Sequence record: DRR378314_1877 | DNA length: 32,849 nucleotides | Direction: 5' to 3' (one strand) | Shown: in pieces, positions 16,382 to 24,734 of the stretch | Layout: the number at the start of each line of letters is the position of its first letter | Numbering within the stretch: the stretch's first letter is position 1 | Notes under the pieces: generated by a model | Database searches by the model: none | Told to the model about the DNA's origin: nothing | Seen by the model: the letters and a program-made list of their open reading frames with translations, nothing else | Made by a program: the position numbers and the translations under genes

Positions 16382-17200
16382 TCAATAGTCATTTTCAAAA
16401 GCTTGAAGCATTTTTGATAACTTATCGGTCAAAATAAAATCGACCCCCGCATCCAATAATTCCTTAACGCGCCCTTCCTCTTCGGAATGAAAATAATTAA
16501 TGCGAATCCCATTATCCTTTAGCTTTTTTAAGTCCGTCAGAATATTTTCATCGTCCCTACTGCTTCTTAATTGAAGAAATGCAAAGCCATTTTCTATGGT
16601 CCCATTTATATATTCAGCGCGGGTAGATAGGCGCTCCATATTACACATCATTATATTTGGATTTACACGCCTTACCCCTTTTGCTGCCTCATTTTCACAG
16701 GCAATAACAGCCTGATGGATTCTGTCCGCTGAAATCACGGCTTCGGCTGTTGCGGCTCCCAAACGTTCGTCCCCTTTTAAATGGATGTTAAGCCAGATAT
16801 TTCTGGGCATAATTTCCAGCGCCTCCTGTAAGGTGGGAACCCTTTCTTTCTTAAACTCTTTGGATTTCCATTTGCCCGCATCCAACCTTTTTATTTTCCT
16901 CAATGTAAGATTCTTCACCAGTCCTCGGCCATTGGTGGTCCTATTTACCTTGTCATCGTGCATAATCACCAACTGATTGTCCTTGGTCATATGAACATCC
17001 AACTCTATCATCTGCGCTCCTAAACGAATAGCCTCCCCAAAGGCTGCCAAAGTATTCTCCGGATGGGTCTCATTGGCCCCCCTATGGGCACCAATGCCAT
17101 TTTGGGGCATATTTTCATTTTCTGGGAGATCCATGGAATCTTGACCAAAAACAAGATTATTCCAAGTGAAAATAGCGAGAAGGCCTATAAACAATTTCAT
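16382..17200 (-). CDS. Glycerophosphodiester phosphodiesterase family protein, secreted
   Basis: Motifs AHRG, PENTLAAF, IELDVHMTKD, VIMHD..NRTTNG, RVPTLQE and GVDFILTD. N-terminal signal peptide. Confidence 0.88.
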   Translation of the reverse strand: MKLFIGLLAIFTWNNLVFGQDSMDLPENENMPQNGIGAHRGANETHPENTLAAFGEAIRLGAQMIELDVHMTKDNQLVIMHDDKVNRTTNGRGLVKNLTLRKIKRLDAGKWKSKEFKKERVPTLQEALEIMPRNIWLNIHLKGDERLGAATAEAVISADRIHQAVIACENEAAKGVRRVNPNIMMCNMERLSTRAEYINGTIENGFAFLQLRSSRDDENILTDLKKLKDNGIRINYFHSEEEGRVKELLDAGVDFILTDKLSKMLQAFENDY

Positions 17201-17254
17201 CTGTTAAAAATATTATTTTCTAAAAGCTACAACTTTAGCACCACCAATACTGCC

Positions 17255-18538
17255 CTAGTCCATTAATTCCTCGGCATGGGTATAAATCTTTTTTATGGCA
17301 TCGGCCACCAAATCCATATCCGCTTTTGTTCCCATTAACACCTTATGATGTACACAAACCGACTCTTCCTTAAAAATACGTTCACAGACCGGTAAAGAAA
17401 ATCTTTTTGGATCAATAGCTTTCCAATAGGCATCATTTAATTTGTGTCTGGAAGGTTTTGTATGTGGTACGTACAATGAGCAATTATTTAAAGGCTCATA
17501 GCAGGCATCCACAATTATACCCAATTCCGCTTCCAGGGCGGATCTAAACCTCTCTATAGGCAAATTCTTGAACTTGCTTGAATCGTATCGAAAAGCAAAA
17601 TTGAAATAAGCCTTTTTGGTTTCCCGATCATCTCTTTTTAACGGGGTCACCCCTTCTATTTCCTTTAGAAGCGTATTTAAATAAACCCCATTGGCGTCTC
17701 TGTTTGCGTTCTGTTCTGGCAATCTTTTTAAGCCTTCTACCAGTATAGCTGCTTGAAATTCGGTAATCCGATAGTTACCGGACTGAATAAAATTACCGTC
17801 ATCACCATAATCCCCTATCCCTTTGTCGGCACCGATCAACGAATCTCCTTCCGGTCTGCGACCAACATTTCTCAGGGCATCCATTTTTTCTGCCAAATCA
17901 GTATCATCCGTAGTAATAGATCCCCCTTCACCAGCAGTTAAATGTTTTGATAATTGAAAACTGAAACTCCCGACATTACCGATACTTCCGGCTTTTTTAC
18001 CTTTCCATTCACCTCCGTGCTTGTGGGCACAATCCTCAATTACATAAAGGTTATGCTTCTTGGCAATGGCCATTATCGCATCCATATCCGCAAAGGCACC
18101 GTAGAGATGTACTGGCATAATAGCTTTTGTTCTTGGAGTTATGGCCTTTTCTATTTCTTTTGGATCTATACACCAGGTATCCTCACAAATATCCACCAAT
18201 ATGGGGGTAGCATTTACATCGATTACCGTGGCAGCAGTAGCTTGCCACGTTAGGCCAGGGACAATAACCTCGTCACCAACGCCTATACCCAAGGCTTCCA
18301 AAGCAATTTGCATGGTTATGGTACCGTTTACAACACATATGGCATGTTTTGTCCCCGTATATGCCGCAAATAGTTTATTGAACTCCATTTCCTTTGGCCC
18401 ATTATAGGACCAAACCCCACTATTCAGGACCTCTATCAGAGCAACTTCCTCTTCCTTCCCCCAGACCGGCCATTTAGGCCAGGGATTCTTATTGGTATCG
18501 CGACTAGGTAAGCCGCCATTTATTGCTAGTTTTTTCAT
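17255..18538 (-). CDS. DegT/DnrJ/EryC1/StrS PLP aminotransferase, BtrR/StsC/RifK-like subgroup
   Basis: Motifs WPKWP, ALGIGVGDEVIVPGLTWQATA, PVHLYG, IEDCAH, SFQLSKHLTAGEGG (PLP Lys), NYRITEFQAAIL and HHKVL. ATG 18538 is preferred over TTG 18544. Confidence 0.9.
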   Translation of the reverse strand: MKKLAINGGLPSRDTNKNPWPKWPVWGKEEEVALIEVLNSGVWSYNGPKEMEFNKLFAAYTGTKHAICVVNGTITMQIALEALGIGVGDEVIVPGLTWQATAATVIDVNATPILVDICEDTWCIDPKEIEKAITPRTKAIMPVHLYGAFADMDAIMAIAKKHNLYVIEDCAHKHGGEWKGKKAGSIGNVGSFSFQLSKHLTAGEGGSITTDDTDLAEKMDALRNVGRRPEGDSLIGADKGIGDYGDDGNFIQSGNYRITEFQAAILVEGLKRLPEQNANRDANGVYLNTLLKEIEGVTPLKRDDRETKKAYFNFAFRYDSSKFKNLPIERFRSALEAELGIIVDACYEPLNNCSLYVPHTKPSRHKLNDAYWKAIDPKRFSLPVCERIFKEESVCVHHKVLMGTKADMDLVADAIKKIYTHAEELMD

Positions 18539-18567
18539 TGTCAATGGTTGTTATAATAAGATTTCGT

Positions 18568-19689
18568 TTATAATTTTTCAGGGTCCAAAACTACATGCTT
18601 CACGGTCTTTCTATTCCATGTATACACTATATGTACCATTCCGTTAGGGTTTTGAATCAGGGTGGGGTACGAATATTCCTCTCCCTTTTTGTCTGTTGTT
18701 GCTGTTAAGGGTTCCAAATCCAACACTCTCTTCCATATTTTACCGTCTTGGGAAAGACCTACGCTCAAGGGAACCCTATCCTCGGATTCAATGGTGGTAG
18801 GATTATAGATCAATAAATGTCGACCGTCCTTTAGCGTAATGGCATCAATCCCTGAATCAGGATTGGGAAGATCCGTAGCAGTCATTTCGCTCCAGCTGAA
18901 TCCACCGTCATAGGACCAATTTTGCCCTATTACCCCCTGATAGGTTCTGCTTAATAATTGGATGGTATCGTTGCCGTGATCTAGGATGGCCGGTTGTATG
19001 GCCTTAAATGTTTTACCATCGTTCAAAGGGGCCGTTTTGGTCCATGTTTTTCCAAAATCCACACTTCTTTCCAAATGGATTTTATGACCTACCGTTTCGC
19101 TCTCGGTACTGGAAGGTGATAAAATATCCCCATTGGATAAAGTAACTGGTCTATTCTTTATCGGTCCCAAAATACTGTCTGCCAATCTGATAGGCGAAGA
19201 CCAGTTTAGACCATCATCCTCAGAGGTCTTGTACATTCCCCACCAATATAATGGATCGGGACCAACTTTGTAAAAGAGTATCAAAGGTTTATTTTGAGGT
19301 TTAAAAATAACCGGATTCCAACTTGGATATCGAATTCCATCTTCCTCCACGCCATTGGCTACCTCTACCGGGGTTGTCCATTTACCTCCCATTTTTCTAG
19401 AAACCCAAATACCTACGTCATTGTTTTTTTCTTCCGTTCCCCCGAACCAGGAAGCCACCAGAATACCATTACTAACATCTATAGTTGGAGCATGACATTG
19501 GGGCGTTAAGCCTTGGCCTATGGGGTAAATGTATTCTTCAAGGGCTATGGCGGGATGCTTAGCAGAAGTTTCCGAGCTATTTACCTTCACCTTTTCCTTA
19601 CATGACGAAGCCGATATTACAAGGGCAATAGCAACTAAATTTTTTACACAAATTAACATAGTAACAGTAATTAAATGTCTGCTAATCAA
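18568..19689 (-). CDS. BNR/Asp-box beta-propeller (sialidase-fold) lipoprotein
   Basis: Asp boxes SEDDGLNW, SVDFGKTW, SYDGGFSW and SQDGKIW. Also EYSYP and lipobox SASSC. The start is uncertain (TTG 19689 or ATG 19659). Confidence 0.85.
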   Translation of the reverse strand: MISRHLITVTMLICVKNLVAIALVISASSCKEKVKVNSSETSAKHPAIALEEYIYPIGQGLTPQCHAPTIDVSNGILVASWFGGTEEKNNDVGIWVSRKMGGKWTTPVEVANGVEEDGIRYPSWNPVIFKPQNKPLILFYKVGPDPLYWWGMYKTSEDDGLNWSSPIRLADSILGPIKNRPVTLSNGDILSPSSTESETVGHKIHLERSVDFGKTWTKTAPLNDGKTFKAIQPAILDHGNDTIQLLSRTYQGVIGQNWSYDGGFSWSEMTATDLPNPDSGIDAITLKDGRHLLIYNPTTIESEDRVPLSVGLSQDGKIWKRVLDLEPLTATTDKKGEEYSYPTLIQNPNGMVHIVYTWNRKTVKHVVLDPEKL

Positions 19690-19716
19690 AACAAGGAAAA
19701 GAACTCTTTCTTGGGA

Positions 19717-22290
19717 CTATTCCAAATTCCATCCCTCTACCTTCAATTCGGCCTCGGAAGTTCCTTTAAAATTGGCGCAAACCATGCGTTCCTCCCCTGG
19801 TAGTAAGTTTATAAAATTATCTTCCCAGAATATGGGCAATACAAGTTCTCCCGTCCTTTTATCCACTACCTTTAGGTTAATTAAAAATGCTATATGATCA
19901 CCGTTGTTCTTAAGTGCTACCTTGATATTTTGCTGTTCACTGTCCTGCTCAAAATAATGTGATTGCCCCAACTGGGTTTTAGGCAGCTCATTCAACTGGG
20001 TAAAGTCTGCATATACCTTACTGGGGGTGTGAAATGCAAATGGCCCCAAATCGGCCTCATAGTCCAACACCTCCTCTTTGGTGGATAGCCAATAAAAATT
20101 ATTGCTGATCTCTACACCTGTTTTATCCAACAAACGAAGATCTACAAAATAGGTAGTGGTAAGCCCTTTGAGTTTCCCTAATTCCAAAATAGATTTTGAT
20201 GAATCCGGATCCAAAGTAAAGTTTACCTTATCCTCGAACAACATCTCCGACCCTATAGAATATACTCTAATATGGGCGGTTAATTTTTCCTCCGTCCCTT
20301 GGCGGTCATTAATGGCATATATGTGTTTATCCCCATAATTGTAAATAAGACTTAGGGGCAAACATGCTTTTTGGGTAGCGTAAAACGCTGCTGTAGGGTT
20401 TAAATAATAGTCGTACAACTGCCAATACATCTTTGGCCAGGCCGCATTCAACATCCATTGGACAATACCCGTGGATTTCTTTTTGTTGACTTGAAAAGCT
20501 TCGAACATAGGCCGCATAAGCTCATAGTTCATGGCCTGGGCCTTTCTATCGAACTCTTCCAAGGAACTGGGAGCTCCATATTTTTCATCCATGGCCTTGG
20601 TAAATCTACTTAAATCGGCAAACTCATACCGTCCGCAATGAAAATTCCAGGCTTCGCCCATTGGCCACAATTGTTCTTGAGGAATCATCTTTTTTAGACT
20701 TTCCAATTGGGGAATCTGAGCTCCGGGACCGGTTTCTGTATTAAACCCATAGGCACCGCCAAATTTGGTGTCCGTAAACCAATAAACCGGGGCAGTATAG
20801 GCATAGGGACCCAACATCTTTACACCGGAGGATCCACTAATCTCACTAATTACATCCTCACTGCCTATAACGTGTTGATCACTGCCCACACCACCTGTAG
20901 AATTTAAATAAGGCCTTGTGGGATCATACTTGGCGAAAGTGTCTATATATTTTTGCTCCAATTCCGTAATCGGCACCTTGTCACTGGCAACAGTCCAAAC
21001 AAAGATACTTGGGTGGTTGCGAAGCCATATCACCTGATCTTCCCAGGCTTGGGCAACATGGGAAATATGCTCTGGCTTATATACACCTCCAAATCGCTCA
21101 TTGACCGGGACCCCCATATGGATCTCATGCTCCCAATGGCAACTCCAACCTACCATTAACAGTATACCATGTTCATCACAGAGGTCGTACAATTTGTGGT
21201 CTTTTCCCCAAAATCCTTCCAAACGAATACAATTGAGATTCATTTGTTTTACGTACTTCACTTGGGCCTCAATACTTTCGTCCGTATCCATCAACAGCAT
21301 ATCATCTGTCCAACCGGCACCTTTTATCAATACCTTTTGTCCATTTACCTTATAACCTCTATGAATATCGTTTAACCAATAATCCTGTATATCGCGAATT
21401 CCAAATCTCAGCTGGGCAGTATCCAAGACCGTCTCCTTGGCAACAAATTTTAAATCCAGATTATAGAGATCGGGATTCCCCAAATTAATGGGCCACCAAA
21501 GTTTAGGCTCCTTAAAATTAAGTCCCACAAACTCCTTACTGTCAAAGGTGATCAGCTTTTTATTATTGGGGGACAAGCTTATATTTTTCTTGAACACTAT
21601 AGCCCCTATGGTCCCTACTAAATCTCCAGAAATTTCAGCCTTGGAATAATTGGTCAGTTCCGCCGAAACAGTAATGTCGGCCTCTTTCAAGGTCTTAAGA
21701 TTTACCTTGGTCTTCACAAAGGGTTTTTCAATTTGTACCCCACCATGAAGGTGCAAGGTTACAGGCCTAAAAACACCCATGTCCCCATCTGGAGGGGCAG
21801 GATTCCAATCTACAAAACCTATACTAAAATCGCCGGGTTGGGGTGGAATTACCTCAATGGCCAAAATATTGGATCCACTTTTAATATGTGTACTTACATC
21901 AAAAGAGGTAATTCGAAATGCCCCGTCTATATCAGTGGCATCGGCGATGAGTTGTCCATTTAACCAAACATTGGCCTTATAGTTTATACCGTCAAATTTT
22001 AAGCTGGCAAACTCATTGGATTGCTCCTTTGTAAGTTCAAAACTGCTTGTGTACCACCAGGATACTTTAAATAGTTCTGTTGGGATGGCCTTTAAATTCT
22101 CCCCAAAATATGGGTCTTCGTAAACCCTGTTGGCCACCAAAGTGCTCAAAACGGTTGAAGGAACGACGGCGGGTAACCAATTTTCCGAAATTGTGGGGTT
22201 CGTAGAGATATCACTCCCCTTTTCCGAAACTTTACTTGAACTCTGGATTCTCCAATTATCCGATAACTTTATTTGGACGGACTTGTGCAT
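19717..22290 (-). CDS. Glycoside hydrolase family 2, exo-beta-D-glucosaminidase (CsxA)-like, no signal peptide
   Basis: Motifs FDGINYKANVWLNG, LWWP, FGIR, IRLEG, LRNHPS..ASD, KMLGPYAYTAPVYW, GFNTETGPG, WMLN and WQLYDYYL. Confidence 0.85.
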   Translation of the reverse strand: MHKSVQIKLSDNWRIQSSSKVSEKGSDISTNPTISENWLPAVVPSTVLSTLVANRVYEDPYFGENLKAIPTELFKVSWWYTSSFELTKEQSNEFASLKFDGINYKANVWLNGQLIADATDIDGAFRITSFDVSTHIKSGSNILAIEVIPPQPGDFSIGFVDWNPAPPDGDMGVFRPVTLHLHGGVQIEKPFVKTKVNLKTLKEADITVSAELTNYSKAEISGDLVGTIGAIVFKKNISLSPNNKKLITFDSKEFVGLNFKEPKLWWPINLGNPDLYNLDLKFVAKETVLDTAQLRFGIRDIQDYWLNDIHRGYKVNGQKVLIKGAGWTDDMLLMDTDESIEAQVKYVKQMNLNCIRLEGFWGKDHKLYDLCDEHGILLMVGWSCHWEHEIHMGVPVNERFGGVYKPEHISHVAQAWEDQVIWLRNHPSIFVWTVASDKVPITELEQKYIDTFAKYDPTRPYLNSTGGVGSDQHVIGSEDVISEISGSSGVKMLGPYAYTAPVYWFTDTKFGGAYGFNTETGPGAQIPQLESLKKMIPQEQLWPMGEAWNFHCGRYEFADLSRFTKAMDEKYGAPSSLEEFDRKAQAMNYELMRPMFEAFQVNKKKSTGIVQWMLNAAWPKMYWQLYDYYLNPTAAFYATQKACLPLSLIYNYGDKHIYAINDRQGTEEKLTAHIRVYSIGSEMLFEDKVNFTLDPDSSKSILELGKLKGLTTTYFVDLRLLDKTGVEISNNFYWLSTKEEVLDYEADLGPFAFHTPSKVYADFTQLNELPKTQLGQSHYFEQDSEQQNIKVALKNNGDHIAFLINLKVVDKRTGELVLPIFWEDNFINLLPGEERMVCANFKGTSEAELKVEGWNLE

Positions 22291-22303
22291 TCTATATGTT
22301 TTA

Positions 22304-22534
22304 TTATTCCTTCTTGGATTTTAATTTCTTCATAGTTCTTTTTGCCTTCCACATCATTCCGCCACCAATGGATATTAGTATTAAACCAGCAACCATATCG
22401 GTCATATGTTCTACGAAGGTTTCTGTATAGATCATTGCAAAAAGTACAATAACCCCAAAAGCCATAATGAAAAATCCAAGAGCATTGTTAATTTGAGCGG
22501 CCTTTAAGCCCGCATTTATTTCATTTGTCTCCAT
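22304..22534 (-). CDS. Small two-TM membrane protein
   Basis: 76 aa with two hydrophobic helices and a Lys-rich tail. ATG start, with 13-17 nt gaps to its neighbours. Confidence 0.75.
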   Translation of the reverse strand: METNEINAGLKAAQINNALGFFIMAFGVIVLFAMIYTETFVEHMTDMVAGLILISIGGGMMWKAKRTMKKLKSKKE

Positions 22535-22551
22535 ACTTTTTTATTAAGGGG

Positions 22552-22767
22552 TTAAAAATGATTATAGATCGATGCCAAAATACAAAGTACGGCAATAGAC
22601 CATAGTTTTAAATTATTCCACCAGTGCCGATCTTCCTTGGCAATACCCTGGTAAACATACTCTGTAGGCAATAACAGCACCAAAAGTCCTATTAGGGCGT
22701 ACAAAGAAAGAAATATCATTTTTGCAGTTTCTTGCGAAACACCGGAAAGCCAGTCAAAATTGAACAT
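22552..22767 (-). CDS. Small two-TM membrane protein
   Basis: 71 aa with two hydrophobic helices around a WWNNLKLW loop. The ATG lies 1 nt after the SSS stop codon. Confidence 0.75.
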   Translation of the reverse strand: MFNFDWLSGVSQETAKMIFLSLYALIGLLVLLLPTEYVYQGIAKEDRHWWNNLKLWSIAVLCILASIYNHF

Positions 22768-22768
22768 A

Positions 22769-24277
22769 TTACAGTTTTTTATTTTCCACTAAAATTTTTG
22801 AACTAAACACCAAGCCTTTAAGTTGTTCTTCGGTATGTTTCTTGGTGAGCAGACTTACTACAACATTAATTATAAACCCTAACAGGAAGGACCACCAGGA
22901 AATATAGAGAAAAGGATCTTCTATGGTGAAGAATTGTTCCTTAAATACATTAAGATATATGGCAAATCCAATACCTATGACCAATGCCGAAAGACCTCCC
23001 CATTCCGTAGTTCGTTTCCAGAAGATTCCTAAAAGAAGAATGGCGAATATGGGTCCTTGGAAATAGGACATAAAGGTTTGTATGGCCACATAAATCCCTG
23101 GGAAATCGCTGCTAATTGGTGAGGTAGCAACTCCAATAAGCAACAGCACCAAGGTGGTTATCTGCCCTACTTTTAAATAATGTTTGTCATCCGCCCCTTT
23201 TTTAATAAACGGTTCGTAGATATCCTTTGTAAATAAGGTGGCCGTTGAATTTAACAAGGAATCCACACTGGACATAAGCCCTGCAAAAAATGCGGCGAAC
23301 ATAAGTCCGACCAAACCGGGAGGCAGAATGGATTTGATCATCATTGGCAGCGCCTGATCTCCGTCCAGCAATCCGGGATGAACCACTACAGCCATAAGCC
23401 CAGGAAACAAAACCAAGATTGGAATAAACATTTTAAGTGCAGATCCAAAAATCATACTCGCCTTTGCGTGCCATTCGTTTTTGGCGGTAAGACAGCGCTG
23501 TACAATAGATTGGTTACCTATCATATATGCATTGGCCATAACAAAGGTTAGACCAAATAAAATTCCAGTCCATGGAAAGGGCGATTTCGTATCCTGTGGT
23601 TGTATAATATCGAAATGATTGCGATATTCGGGTCCCATTGTAGCGATTTTATCTACCATATTATCCCATCCTCCAACTTCGTAAAGACTCAGAAAAACTA
23701 AGGCAAAGCCTCCTATAAACATTATAACGAACTGAACAACATCGGTCATTATTACAGCTGTAATACCCCCGAAATAGGTATATAGACCAACCACACCGGC
23801 AGTGGCAACAATGGATATCCAGATGGGCCACCCCATGAGTACATTTAATAGAACTGCACTGGCCCAAAAAAGAACCCCCAAATCCAAGGCAAAAAACAGG
23901 ATCCAGGTAACAGAAGCAATAGTCCTTACCTTTTGGTTATACCTTCTTCCCAGGTATTCCGGAATAGTGTACATACCCCCACGCCAGAAATAAGGAATAA
24001 AAATAAAGGCCGCCAGTAACATTGCAGGAACTGAACCTACCCAATCAAAGTTGCCGACAGAAATACCATATCTATAAGCTTGGCCGGATACCCCCACAAA
24101 ATCCAATGCCCCAATGTCCGATACTACGATCGACATACCAATGGCCCAGAAAGGTAGGCTTTTGCCTCCTAGAAAATAGTCTTCGGAACTATTGACAAAT
24201 TTTTTGAAATATAGCCCCAGTAATAGCATTCCTATTATATAAGCTATTACAATAAAATAATCTATCCCTGCTAACAT
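22769..24277 (-). CDS. Sodium:solute symporter (SSS/SLC5, sugar-type)
   Basis: Motifs EDYFLGGKSLPFWAIGMSIVVSDIG, TIPEYLGRRY, GGITAVIMTDVVQ, NQSIVQRCL and AGLMSSVDSLLNS. About 13 TM helices. Confidence 0.93.
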   Translation of the reverse strand: MLAGIDYFIVIAYIIGMLLLGLYFKKFVNSSEDYFLGGKSLPFWAIGMSIVVSDIGALDFVGVSGQAYRYGISVGNFDWVGSVPAMLLAAFIFIPYFWRGGMYTIPEYLGRRYNQKVRTIASVTWILFFALDLGVLFWASAVLLNVLMGWPIWISIVATAGVVGLYTYFGGITAVIMTDVVQFVIMFIGGFALVFLSLYEVGGWDNMVDKIATMGPEYRNHFDIIQPQDTKSPFPWTGILFGLTFVMANAYMIGNQSIVQRCLTAKNEWHAKASMIFGSALKMFIPILVLFPGLMAVVVHPGLLDGDQALPMMIKSILPPGLVGLMFAAFFAGLMSSVDSLLNSTATLFTKDIYEPFIKKGADDKHYLKVGQITTLVLLLIGVATSPISSDFPGIYVAIQTFMSYFQGPIFAILLLGIFWKRTTEWGGLSALVIGIGFAIYLNVFKEQFFTIEDPFLYISWWSFLLGFIINVVVSLLTKKHTEEQLKGLVFSSKILVENKKL

Positions 24278-24454
24278 TGATTTGGCATTTTGGTTAATTA
24301 CCTACAAATTAAATTCAAATAGAGGTGATTGAATAAGTAAATCTTATTTCATTTACATGGTATATTGACATAAGACCTAGTTTTTTGACTTATTTCAGGG
24401 CAATTAAGTTAAAATTATAGCAGTTTGTATAATGAATGAAATATCACATAATAA

Positions 24455-24483
24455 ATATTGATATGACCTACCTATATCAATAT
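24455..24483. promoter_or_regulatory. Inverted repeat, candidate operator in the divergent promoter region
   Basis: Perfect 10-bp arms: ATATTGATAT - N9 - ATATCAATAT. Confidence 0.4.
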
Positions 24484-24671
24484 ATATAATACCACTACCT
24501 ATTTTAACCATAAAATCGGTCCCAAATAGTGAGGTTCCAAAATGGTGCAGTATACCTTTAAGAAATATTCTTACCAAAAATCAAACATATCTTAACCTAA
24601 AATTTTCAATATCATAATATTGACCCGAAAAGAGGTAAAATTCCATAAGTATCTAATAAAATACTATGCTT

Positions 24672-24698
24672 TTTGTCGATTATTTTACAATAGTTTTG
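24672..24698 (+). promoter_or_regulatory. Candidate Bacteroidota promoter for susC
   Basis: TAGTTTTG (24691-24698) matches TAnnTTTG about 36 nt before the ATG. TTTG at 24672-24675 gives a short 15-nt spacer. Confidence 0.4.
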
Positions 24699-24734
24699 TT
24701 AACGAAATGCTAATTACTCAACCAATTAATATAA

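Noticed and set aside
14658-18538. Aminoglycoside, AHBA or kanosamine biosynthetic gene cluster
   Set aside because: There is no 2-deoxy-scyllo-inosose synthase, glycosyltransferase, exporter or resistance gene, and the neighbours are importers and hydrolases. Kanosamine synthesis is not strictly excluded but is less parsimonious.
18568-19689. Canonical GH33 sialidase / sialic acid PUL
   Set aside because: No RIP motif and no nanA/nanE genes.
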